From the IMG/VR virus record IMGVR_UViG_3300050014_000823, positions 235,145 through 299,144 of that record: DNA of 64,000 bases. One strand, written 5' to 3'. The position numbers and the translations under genes were made by a program. Position 1 is the first letter of the stretch. Every line of letters starts with the position of its first letter. Shown one piece after another: positions 45,878 through 54,025 of the stretch. The notes under the pieces were generated by a model, which ran no database searches, had not been told where the DNA came from, and worked only from the letters and a program-made list of their open reading frames with translations.

Positions 45878-47215
45878 ATGTTGAAAGCAATTAAAATTAG
45901 ACTTTATCCGAACAAAACTCAAAGTAGTTATATAAATCGTCTATGTGGTTCATATAGAAAGGTATTTAATATGTGTTTGGAAAAAAAGATAAGTGCTTAT
46001 AACAATGACAAGACAAGTCTGGGATTAAAGGAATTAGGAAATTATTTTCATCAGGACTTAATTAAAAAAGAAGAATTTTTATATCTCAATGAGCACAACA
46101 CCAAAGTATTAAAACAAACAATCATAAATTTACTTGATAGTTATAAAAGATTTTTTGTAAATGGTAATGGTTTCCCCAAATATAAATCAAAACATGATAA
46201 CAATCAGTCAGCGAGATTTCCGCTGGAAGCAATATCAAAATTAAATAGTTATTCTGATAACAAGATAACATTAGGCAGACCATTAAAAAATATTAGTTTT
46301 GAATGTTCTAACAGAGATAAAAATTATTTAACAAATCACAAAGATAAAATCAAGTCAGCAACCATAAGTAGAACAAAATCCGATAAATACTTTTTATCTG
46401 TTCTTATTGATAATATAATTGAAAAACAAATACCAGAACCAACTAATGATATTTTAGGTATTGATATTGGTATAAAAGATTTTATGGTTTGTTCTGATGG
46501 TCAAGTGTTTAATAACTTGAAACTTAAACGTAATAATGAAAAAACATTAATTAAATTACAAAGACAATTAAGTAAAAAACAATTAGTTGGGACTGGTGAA
46601 TATCGGTTAAATAAATATGGTAATAAGGTTGAAATAAATAAACCTTCAAACAATAGATATAAAGCAAGAGTAAGACTTGTAAAATTTCAAGAAAAATTAA
46701 ATAATATAAAAATAAATTACATACATAACATTACAACTCAATTAGTTCGTGAGAACCAAACGATAGTTATTGAGAATTTAAATGTTAAAGGTATGTTAAA
46801 AAACCATTGTTTGGCAAAATCAATTCAAGATTTAAGTATCAACGAGGCATTCAGACAGTTAAAATACAAATCTGAATGGTATGGAAGAGATTTGATTATA
46901 ATAGACAGATGGTTTCCTTCGAGTAAATTATGTAATGTTTGTGGTTATAAGTATAAGAATTTATCATTAAAAGAAAGACATTGGACTTGTCCAGACTGTG
47001 GGACACAACATGATAGAGATTATAATGCGGCAACAAATATTATGAAAGAAGGAAAGAGATTGATAGGGACACGTTATCCCGAATTTACGCTTGTGGACTA
47101 TCCAACTATGGATGACAGACTCAGTAATGAGGTACTAAAAAGTAGTGATAGGTTGAGACAAGAAGAAAAAAGTACAAATAGTGAACGAAGTGAACTTCGT
47201 ACTAAGTTTTTGTAG
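45878..47215 (+). CDS. tnpB: TnpB RNA-guided endonuclease
   Basis: KAIKIRLYPNKTQ N-terminal HTH; RuvC GIDIG (D), VIENL (E), HDRDYNAA (D); zinc finger CNVC...CPDC. Confidence 0.95.
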   Translation: MLKAIKIRLYPNKTQSSYINRLCGSYRKVFNMCLEKKISAYNNDKTSLGLKELGNYFHQDLIKKEEFLYLNEHNTKVLKQTIINLLDSYKRFFVNGNGFPKYKSKHDNNQSARFPLEAISKLNSYSDNKITLGRPLKNISFECSNRDKNYLTNHKDKIKSATISRTKSDKYFLSVLIDNIIEKQIPEPTNDILGIDIGIKDFMVCSDGQVFNNLKLKRNNEKTLIKLQRQLSKKQLVGTGEYRLNKYGNKVEINKPSNNRYKARVRLVKFQEKLNNIKINYIHNITTQLVRENQTIVIENLNVKGMLKNHCLAKSIQDLSINEAFRQLKYKSEWYGRDLIIIDRWFPSSKLCNVCGYKYKNLSLKERHWTCPDCGTQHDRDYNAATNIMKEGKRLIGTRYPEFTLVDYPTMDDRLSNEVLKSSDRLRQEEKSTNSERSELRTKFL

Positions 47216-47245
47216 ATTTTTTTGAACGGTGAATTATCTGATATA
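47060..47245 (+). ncRNA. Putative TnpB omega/reRNA (scaffold overlapping the tnpB 3' end, guide from the right flank)
   Basis: Inferred from established TnpB architecture; boundaries are approximate and were not folded computationally. Confidence 0.55.
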
Positions 47246-47415
47246 TTATGGTATATCTCATCAATATGTGATACACTTGGATTAAAAATGGAAGATGTTG
47301 CCACATATAATATCGAAAAATTAAAGTCCCGTAGAGATAGGGGAGTATTACATGGCAGTGGTGATAATCGTTAAAAAAATATTATTGTGTTTATTGATTA
47401 TTTCAATAACACCAA

Positions 47416-47423
47416 GTATTTAT
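47416..47423 (+). promoter_or_regulatory. Putative late promoter GTATTTAT upstream of the HNH gene
   Basis: 15 nt before ATG 47439; supports 47439 rather than 47352 as the start. Confidence 0.6.
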
Positions 47424-47438
47424 TGTAAAAATAATACT

Positions 47439-48068
47439 ATGGTTGAAAAGGTATGTTTAAATTGTGGTGGTCAATATAAAGTAATTGACAGTCGAAAAGA
47501 TAAGGCAAAATTTTGTTCAAAAGAATGTGCCAATATACAATTAAATGGTGAAAAAAATACTGTATGTACTGAATGTGGTGAATCGTTTCATTTAAAGGAA
47601 TCGTCAAAGAGAAGATATAAGAGAACACAAGGTTATTTTTGCTCGACAAAATGTGTTGCAGATTTTAGAAAGAAAGCATATATAGGTATCAATAATCCTA
47701 ATTTTAGAAATGCTGAAACAAGTAATGGCTATTTGCTTGAGCAATTACCTAAATTCGGAAGAATTAAATTACATCATAAAGTAGTGTTTGAGTATTTAAA
47801 CATCAATGAAATACCACACAATTATTGTATTCACCATAGAGATTGTCAAATTAATAACAACGACAAAGAAAATTTGGCACTATTAACAGGAAGCGACCAT
47901 AGATGGTTACATAAAAATTTTGGCAATGCAACTTTATGGGCATACGTAAATAACAGAATATCTCTGAAAGAATTGTGTAGTTGGTGTAAAAATCCCGAAA
48001 AGGCTATGAAATTGTTACCATTTAACATTATAACACAAAAAGAATTAATTATATATGAAAACAGTTAA
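47439..48068 (+). CDS. HNH homing endonuclease with zinc-ribbon repeats
   Basis: CLNC..FCSKEC, CTEC..FCSTKC, IHHRDCQINNNDKENLALLTGSDHRWLH. Confidence 0.82.
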   Translation: MVEKVCLNCGGQYKVIDSRKDKAKFCSKECANIQLNGEKNTVCTECGESFHLKESSKRRYKRTQGYFCSTKCVADFRKKAYIGINNPNFRNAETSNGYLLEQLPKFGRIKLHHKVVFEYLNINEIPHNYCIHHRDCQINNNDKENLALLTGSDHRWLHKNFGNATLWAYVNNRISLKELCSWCKNPEKAMKLLPFNIITQKELIIYENS

Positions 48069-48480
48069 AATAAAATTACTACATCCCGATGCACAAATAC
48101 CACGAAAAATTATTAATAGTGATGCATGTTATGATGTTGTTGCAACAAGTAAACGAGATTTGGGTGATGGTAGAATTCATTATGGACTTGGATTCGCATT
48201 AGAAATACCGGAAAATACACAATTGGATTTACGACCAAGAAGTTCAGTACATAAAACCGGACTTATATTAAGCAATTGTATTGGAACTGGTGATGAAGAA
48301 TATCGTGGAGAATTTCAGGCGGTTTTTTATCACATAATATCAACACTACCACCGTATGAAATTGGCGACAGAATATTACAAATACAATTAAGAACAAGGG
48401 AAGATGTTGAATTTGAATTAACAGACGAATTATCTAACACCCAAAGAAATAGTGGGGGTTTCGGAAGTACGGGAAAATAA
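48055..48480 (+). CDS. dut: Trimeric dUTPase
   Basis: SDACYDV, GLGFALEIP, PRSS, GTGDEEYRGE, GDRILQI, RNSGGFGSTG. Confidence 0.92.
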   Translation: MKTVKIKLLHPDAQIPRKIINSDACYDVVATSKRDLGDGRIHYGLGFALEIPENTQLDLRPRSSVHKTGLILSNCIGTGDEEYRGEFQAVFYHIISTLPPYEIGDRILQIQLRTREDVEFELTDELSNTQRNSGGFGSTGK

Positions 48481-48504
48481 CTTTATTAAATACAGGCAAA
48501 TAAT

Positions 48505-48693
48505 ATGGAAGAAAGAATTTTAGAAGAAGTAGACCCAAAAGAAGTTTTGGATGAACAAGGACCAAACGTATTTCTTTATTATAGAGATACTAAATCGGTA
48601 TTCATAACATCAGGTGAAGCATGGTATATGAGAATATGGCTATTGCTATCAAACCCATTCCGTTACTTATTTACGGGACGTGTGAGATATTAA
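48505..48693 (+). CDS. Small hypothetical protein
   Basis: 62-aa ORF in the operon. Confidence 0.55.
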   Translation: MEERILEEVDPKEVLDEQGPNVFLYYRDTKSVFITSGEAWYMRIWLLLSNPFRYLFTGRVRY

Positions 48694-48719
48694 AATAATT
48701 TTATTAAAAACAAACAATT

Positions 48720-48965
48720 ATGTTTACAAAAGAAGATTTCAAAAACGATTCGGGTCTTGAATTCAAAGACCTATCCGATGAACTAATGCGTGTTTATGTA
48801 TTTCCCGACATGAAAATAAGAATAAATGAACCTCTCCTGTTGAATGTTTCAACAAGCGGTGGTCATAGAATTTTTGACTCAGAAGGCAATTCAAATTATA
48901 TTCCTTCGGATTGGAGACGACTTTATTGGGTCGTAAAAGAGGGCAAGTCTCACTTCGCTTTCTAA
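48720..48965 (+). CDS. Small hypothetical protein
   Basis: 81-aa ORF (VSTSGGHRIFD...YIPSDW). Confidence 0.65.
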   Translation: MFTKEDFKNDSGLEFKDLSDELMRVYVFPDMKIRINEPLLLNVSTSGGHRIFDSEGNSNYIPSDWRRLYWVVKEGKSHFAF

Positions 48966-48994
48966 AAATAATTTTATTTAAAATAATCTCGATA

Positions 48995-49201
48995 ATGAAG
49001 GGTACAACTGGAATCAGATTAAGAAGAGAAAGTGCTAAAAGACTACTTGAGGCACAACTATTACGTGGCACTAAGCCAGAAAAAATCAACAAGAAGACTA
49101 CCGCTAAGATGATACCGCTAACTCCTGCGGACATCACCCGCATCAATAAAGAAATTGCTGCGTTAAATAATCCGAAAAACAAAAAGACCGTAAGTGCTTA
49201 A
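48995..49201 (+). CDS. Small basic hypothetical protein
   Basis: MKGTTGIRLRRESA...; start moved to the ATG after the upstream stop. Confidence 0.55.
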   Translation: MKGTTGIRLRRESAKRLLEAQLLRGTKPEKINKKTTAKMIPLTPADITRINKEIAALNNPKNKKTVSA

Positions 49202-50280
49202 TGGAAAGTTATTTAGACTTACTTCAAAACATCATTGATAATGGTGTTGAGAAAGAAAGTGGTAGAGCAAACATGCCGAATACCATAGGTATTTCACATG
49301 GAGTGATTAAAATGGACCTTCAAGAAGGTTTTCCACTACTTACCACAAAGAAAATGTACTGGAAGGGCATCGTACATGAACTTCTTTGGTTTCTCCGTGG
49401 AGAAACAAACATAAAATATCTCGTTGATAACAACGTGAATATCTGGAACGGTGACGCATACCGTTGGTATTTAAAATGGTGGGATGAAAAGGGTAAAACA
49501 TTGGGTGGACTTTGTAAACTCGAAACAATTGAAGAATTTGTTGAACAAGTTAAGCAGGATTCAAATTGTTCATATACTTGGATTGATGTTCCATCAACAG
49601 GTCAAGGTGTAAAAGAATATACTATTGGTGACTTGGGTAAAGTCTATGGCTACCAATGGAGAAATCAGAATGGTGTTGACCAAATAAAGGAAGTTCTTGA
49701 TGGTTTAAAGTCAAACCCATACAGTCGCTACCATGTAATTGATGCTTGGAATAAAGCAGACTTCAAGGAAATGGCATTACCACCATGCCACCTAATGTAT
49801 CAGTTTATTGTCAGACCACTGAGTTTAAAAGAAAGAATTGATTATCATTTTAATGTACTGAAAGGCGAATTCTATCTGACACCTGACGATAATGAAGAAT
49901 TAGCATATCTCGATGCGGCAGGCGTTCCGAAGTTCTACTTGGACCTTAACATGTATCAGAGAAGCTGTGATACGCTATTAGGTGTACCATTTAACATTGC
50001 TTCGATGTCGTTACTGCTTAAATTATTCGCAACGGTAAACAATATGCTTGATGGCGTGGCTACTTGGATTGGCGGTGATACACATTTATATGTGAATCAT
50101 ATCGAACTTGCCAAAGAACAAATATCAAGAGTTCCTTATGACCTGCCACAACTATTCATTAGAAAAGAATTAAGTTGCCTTGACGATATTCTTGCATTGA
50201 CCATTGAAGACTTTGAATTGGTTGGCTATAAAAGTCATCCTGCAATTAAAGCAGAATTGTTCACTGGCTTAAAAAAGTAA
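49201..50280 (+). CDS. thyA: Thymidylate synthase
   Basis: GFPLLTTKK, ELLWFLRG, LGKVYGYQWR, ALPPCH (catalytic Cys), YQRSCD, PFNIAS, GDTHLYVNH. Confidence 0.95.
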   Translation: MESYLDLLQNIIDNGVEKESGRANMPNTIGISHGVIKMDLQEGFPLLTTKKMYWKGIVHELLWFLRGETNIKYLVDNNVNIWNGDAYRWYLKWWDEKGKTLGGLCKLETIEEFVEQVKQDSNCSYTWIDVPSTGQGVKEYTIGDLGKVYGYQWRNQNGVDQIKEVLDGLKSNPYSRYHVIDAWNKADFKEMALPPCHLMYQFIVRPLSLKERIDYHFNVLKGEFYLTPDDNEELAYLDAAGVPKFYLDLNMYQRSCDTLLGVPFNIASMSLLLKLFATVNNMLDGVATWIGGDTHLYVNHIELAKEQISRVPYDLPQLFIRKELSCLDDILALTIEDFELVGYKSHPAIKAELFTGLKK

Positions 50281-50284
50281 ACAA

Positions 50285-50562
50285 ATGGGTGACAAAAACT
50301 TCAAGCAAATCGGCAAATTTCAGTTTTCGGTAGAAGTGCCTGTAGATTCTGATTTGGCACTTGCTATCAGACTTGCTACTGAAAGACGTGATAAAAAGTT
50401 GAGTTTATAAAATTGGGTGCAAACAGGGATGACAAGGATAAGATTCTTGAAAATCTTGACGGTATACTCAAAATGAACGAGAGCATTAAGCTAATGGAAG
50501 ATGCAGCTATTGCCGTGAGAATGTATAAACTTGAAGAACAGAAAAATAAAAGTGTTGAATGA
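50285..50562 (+). pseudogene. Small gene apparently split by a -1 shift at an A5 run
   Basis: 41-aa ORF 50285-50410; the -1 frame continues VEFIKLGANRDDKDKILENLDG...KSVE* to 50562. Confidence 0.4.
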
Positions 50563-50813
50563 TAATATTATACATAATAGTCACATTATTAACAGTTGCA
50601 GTATTACTACTTGCAGGTGCACTTTATTTCTTTGCGAGAAAGAGTCAGTACATTTCTGATAAGGAAAAAGAGTTTATTGTCTTCGTCATAGATATATTTG
50701 AGCAATACGGTGACGACTTAGGTGTTCAAACTAAAGCAGAACATAAGAGACTCTGTGAAGAACTCGAAAAGATTAAAACAAAGTATTTTACAATAAAAAA
50801 AGAGGACAAATAG
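50559..50813 (+). CDS. Small single-pass membrane protein
   Basis: N-terminal hydrophobic helix ILYIIVTLLTVAVLLLAGALYFF. Confidence 0.7.
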   Translation: MIILYIIVTLLTVAVLLLAGALYFFARKSQYISDKEKEFIVFVIDIFEQYGDDLGVQTKAEHKRLCEELEKIKTKYFTIKKEDK

Positions 50814-50825
50814 TCCTCTTTTTTA
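50795..50825. terminator. Bidirectional intrinsic terminator
   Basis: AAAAAAGAGGAC-AAATA-GTCCTCTTTTTT between convergent genes. Confidence 0.8.
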
Positions 50826-50843
50826 TTTCCGGTTTTTAAAGAC

Positions 50844-51026
50844 TTACCATTTCTCCATGAGAATTGATAATGCATCTAATGCTGCAAGTTGTGCTACAAC
50901 GCTTGCGTCACTATTAGTTACTAAAGTCACACCTGGAGTACTGTTAAAACCACTACCTGCTAAACCTGCGCCAATTCTTGCCCATAGTCTGTAGGTATTT
51001 TGTGTTAAAGGTGATGTTGCTGTCAT
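50844..51026 (-). CDS. Small late protein
   Basis: 60 aa, late motif at 51060-51067; shares a Y-x-LWA-x-IG motif with its neighbour. Confidence 0.65.
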   Translation of the reverse strand: MTATSPLTQNTYRLWARIGAGLAGSGFNSTPGVTLVTNSDASVVAQLAALDALSILMEKW

Positions 51027-51095
51027 TTCGTTTTAGTTTTTAAATAATATTATTTACATATAAATACTCAAAATTTCCCTAAAATCGAGATATAA

Positions 51096-51530
51096 TTAGG
51101 GTTGTTCATGAATAACTGCTTCTGCAGCCAAGTATGCCAATTGTCTTGCTATACTTTCATCTGTAGGTGTAACGCCAGGTATATAACCGATTTTTGCCCA
51201 TAAATCGTAATCTTCGGTTGACAAATCTACTGCCAAACCTGCGGTAAAGCTAACTTGATTACCATATGTGGTTACACCACCTGTGGTTGCATATGCTCTG
51301 ACATAATATGTGTTATTTGCAAGCAATCCAGTTAATGAACTTACAAAAGGTGCTAAAGAAGTACCATTGGTTGTTTTACTGTTTGCTATGGTTGGGTTCG
51401 GTGAAGTATTCCATACTACACCCTTTGCTGTAAGAGTCACACCTGTGACTGTTGAAGTGACTGTACCACCACCAGTTGCGGTTGCTGTGGTTATCGAACT
51501 TATTGCGGAAGTAGTAACTATAAGTGCCAT
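51096..51530 (-). CDS. Fibronectin type III-like domain protein (possible virion decoration)
   Basis: TAKGVVWNTSPNPTI...FVSSLTGLLANNTYYVRAYAT...YGNQVSFT; late motif at 51564-51571. Confidence 0.75.
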   Translation of the reverse strand: MALIVTTSAISSITTATATGGGTVTSTVTGVTLTAKGVVWNTSPNPTIANSKTTNGTSLAPFVSSLTGLLANNTYYVRAYATTGGVTTYGNQVSFTAGLAVDLSTEDYDLWAKIGYIPGVTPTDESIARQLAYLAAEAVIHEQP

Positions 51531-51587
51531 AATTTTTTCTATATTTAGTTTAAGTTATTTTATATAAATACTTTGAAATATCTGGAT

Positions 51588-52145
51588 TTACTTAAAATCG
51601 CCTTTAGTTTCATTGAGAAAAGGTACAACGTCCTCTTTTACAGGGACTCCAGTTACCAATTTCCAGTATGTTTTAAACCCACCGATTGTTTTTTTAGTTT
51701 CATCGGTAACATTATTGGCAGTTTCAACTTCATAAAATCTGCGTTTTTCGCCACTCATGTTGTATTCGATGAAATCGCCACGGTTGATTTCTACTTGTAG
51801 TTCTTCCAGTTCTTTCAAATAAACACCAAAGCGTAGATTTCCCGTATCATCCCTTGTAATGCCACCTTGACCTGCACCATAATAATCCTGCTTGCCGTCT
51901 TCAACATCAACCATAACAGATATTTTAACTGGTGCCAAGAATTTCTTATCTTTGGTTTTTGCTTGACCATATAAGGCATGAACCTGTGTCTGATTAATGT
52001 TAACTCTGTGAAGTATAATAAATTGTGGGTTATCTGCTTTCAGATAATTTCTACCGTACATTATATCCAAATCAAAAGAATTCTGGGTCATAAACATCCC
52101 ATATCTGTCATTCTCAAGGTCAAGTAATTGCTTTTTCTTTTTCAT
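51588..52145 (-). CDS. Neck/head-closure protein (gp14-like)
   Basis: Directly after the neck gene; QVHALYGQAK, GNLRFGVYLKELEELQVEINRGDFI. Confidence 0.6.
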   Translation of the reverse strand: MKKKKQLLDLENDRYGMFMTQNSFDLDIMYGRNYLKADNPQFIILHRVNINQTQVHALYGQAKTKDKKFLAPVKISVMVDVEDGKQDYYGAGQGGITRDDTGNLRFGVYLKELEELQVEINRGDFIEYNMSGEKRRFYEVETANNVTDETKKTIGGFKTYWKLVTGVPVKEDVVPFLNETKGDFK

Positions 52146-52148
52146 TGG

Positions 52149-53267
52149 TTAAATAGCTATAATTGGGAACATTGGTGGTTGATATCCACGTTCTCTGTTG
52201 ACATTCTCTGCAATATCTGCACGAATCTTAGTCATGTTTTCCTGGCTTAAGTATGCCAATTGTTCCATTATAATTTTTTCTGTTGCTTCTTTTAGTTCTT
52301 TACCTTCGTCAAGTAAATGTCTGTAGTCCATAGTTAACTGCTTGTCAGTTACACCAAGTTCACCACTGTAGAAACCTCTCATACCACCGATAACAATTTT
52401 CACTTTAGCCAACAATAGATTTCTTATTTGCTGATGTGCAACGTCATTCATCTTTGACCACTCAAGTATTTTGGCAGGTGGGTCTGAAGGTAATTTAATA
52501 ACATCGTTATTTTCCTCCAAACATTTATCTCTGTCGGCAGGATTCGTATCGTAATACCAATACCAAACTTTCCTACCTGCATAGTGTGTTCCCCACTGAC
52601 CAGCAATTTCATGACGGTCACCGGGAACTGGGTATAAATGCAAAATCTTTTCGCCTGATGCCAAACCTGTAATACGATAGGTTAATATTGACTGTAAAAC
52701 TCTTTGCTTCATTCTACGGTCCTGTGCAGCAAGTAATGTTGAAAAGGTCGGTTGTACATATGATGCAGGACGACCTAAATATGACCATCCAACCATGCCG
52801 GGTGACCAAGCATTCATTGCGAATGGGTCAGCAAGTCCACCGTCAATTTCTGGTGGTGTTTCCCAAAGCACTTCATTAACTTCTCTACCCGCAGGTATGA
52901 TATAGTGCTGAGTATGTCCCGAAGTTACAATAAAATCACGTTTTAGTTCCCATCCTTCTGCTGCAGGAGCATTAGTACCCAAACCTACTTGTTTAGAATA
53001 GGCATAGGTAAAACTCTCCATGTAATGGTTTGATTTATTGGTATATGCTGAGAGAAAGTCGCCTGTCTCTTTATCCATACCTTCCAATGAAATCCACTGC
53101 TGTTGAATTAACCAGCCATTTACAAGTGCGGAATAGTCCTCAACGACCATTTCAAGAAACGAAATCATCTGTTCGTCATCAAGTTCAAATGGTCTTTTTG
53201 GGTGACCCATTTCGTGTTTTATCTTAAGAAATAAATTATTTCTATCAACTGTTGTTATTAATCCCAT
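52149..53267 (-). CDS. Neck/head-tail adaptor protein (gp13-like)
   Basis: LFLKIKHEMGHPKRPFELDDEQMISFLE, IRNLLLAKVKIVIG..R, LTMDYRHLLDEGKELKE. Confidence 0.75.
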   Translation of the reverse strand: MGLITTVDRNNLFLKIKHEMGHPKRPFELDDEQMISFLEMVVEDYSALVNGWLIQQQWISLEGMDKETGDFLSAYTNKSNHYMESFTYAYSKQVGLGTNAPAAEGWELKRDFIVTSGHTQHYIIPAGREVNEVLWETPPEIDGGLADPFAMNAWSPGMVGWSYLGRPASYVQPTFSTLLAAQDRRMKQRVLQSILTYRITGLASGEKILHLYPVPGDRHEIAGQWGTHYAGRKVWYWYYDTNPADRDKCLEENNDVIKLPSDPPAKILEWSKMNDVAHQQIRNLLLAKVKIVIGGMRGFYSGELGVTDKQLTMDYRHLLDEGKELKEATEKIIMEQLAYLSQENMTKIRADIAENVNRERGYQPPMFPIIAI

Positions 53268-53318
53268 AATTACATATATTTGTGGTCTGTTTCACATAAA
53301 TACTTTAATAGAACTATT

Positions 53319-53783
53319 ATGCCTACAATTGAGTACGAAATTAAATTAAATGATGAGGGTAGACCTTGTATTGATTTACCTAAAGATTATGAGCATAGAC
53401 CAGAAGACAAATTTTTCTGGATTGAAATGGCAAGATATTTCTTGCAAGTCACTCGTGGGCACATGATTGCACCACCATACGACCAAAATACAATGAACAT
53501 GATGGATGTCACAATTCCATTGCTCGGACAAATCGGTGATGAAATGGCGAGAATTGTATACCACAACATGATTGCGGCAGGTGAGGCAAACAAACTCATT
53601 GGTATGGATTGGGATATGTCAGTTCAGACAATTGCAGAGCGTGACGCAATACCTGACGTGGGAATTGTATACAATAACAGACTATATTTAAGAAAAGAAG
53701 GACTGAAAGTCTTTGTTCTTGAAGGTGGTGCGATATACGAATTAAATGGTGGTACAACAAACGAAAATTGGACAGAAATATGA
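53319..53783 (+). CDS. Hypothetical protein
   Basis: MPTIEYEIKLNDEGRP...; start adjusted. Confidence 0.65.
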   Translation: MPTIEYEIKLNDEGRPCIDLPKDYEHRPEDKFFWIEMARYFLQVTRGHMIAPPYDQNTMNMMDVTIPLLGQIGDEMARIVYHNMIAAGEANKLIGMDWDMSVQTIAERDAIPDVGIVYNNRLYLRKEGLKVFVLEGGAIYELNGGTTNENWTEI

Positions 53784-54025
53784 TACAAACATTAAAGTTT
53801 TCAATTGAAGTCGAAGTCGGAATTCCTGACCATGAATATGGTATGAAAATCAGAAATAGGTTTATTAAAGCATTAATTGCCGATACTCCCGAAAGAATAT
53901 CTTTCGAAGAATTGGAGAAAATACTTTGTCTTACTGGTTTACAATATTATATTCAAAGTGTAGACTTTGCGCAAAAAAGTCCAAATGACGATGAGTCAAT
54001 AACTAAATTTGTAATCAGAGGATGA
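53780..54025 (+). CDS. Hypothetical protein
   Basis: ATGA-coupled ORF. Confidence 0.55.
   Translation: MIQTLKFSIEVEVGIPDHEYGMKIRNRFIKALIADTPERISFEELEKILCLTGLQYYIQSVDFAQKSPNDDESITKFVIRG

Larger units (their letters stand above)
45733..47229 (+). mobile_element. Non-autonomous IS607-family (TnpB-only) element, about 1.5 kb
   Basis: GG(T) at both junctions (45733-35, 47228-30); inverted AAATCTACAAAAA (45753-65) / TTTTTGTAGATTT (47207-19); four ~10-bp-spaced AAA(T/C)CTA direct repeats in the left end; no tnpA. Confidence 0.8.
45502..47374 (+). pseudogene. mazG: MazG-like nucleotide pyrophosphohydrolase split by an IS607-type element
   Basis: 5' half ...LGLGEAGEVQGKIKKIIRD...EAIK (45502-45732); 3' half GELSDILWYISSICDTLGLKMEDVATYNIEKLKSRRDRGVLHGSGDNR* (to 47374). 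Removing the insert restores the frame (ATT AAG GGT GAA TTA). Confidence 0.9.

Noticed and set aside
47352-47438. N-terminal hydrophobic extension of the HNH ORF suggesting a secreted nuclease
   Set aside because: It overlaps the mazG 3' end and contains the late motif at 47416; the true start is more likely 47439.
49201-50280. ThyA-like dCMP/dUMP hydroxymethylase for glycosylated DNA
   Set aside because: It retains the Asn of PFNIAS typical of dUMP-specific thymidylate synthase and sits beside dUTPase. No base-modifying enzyme is evident in this window.
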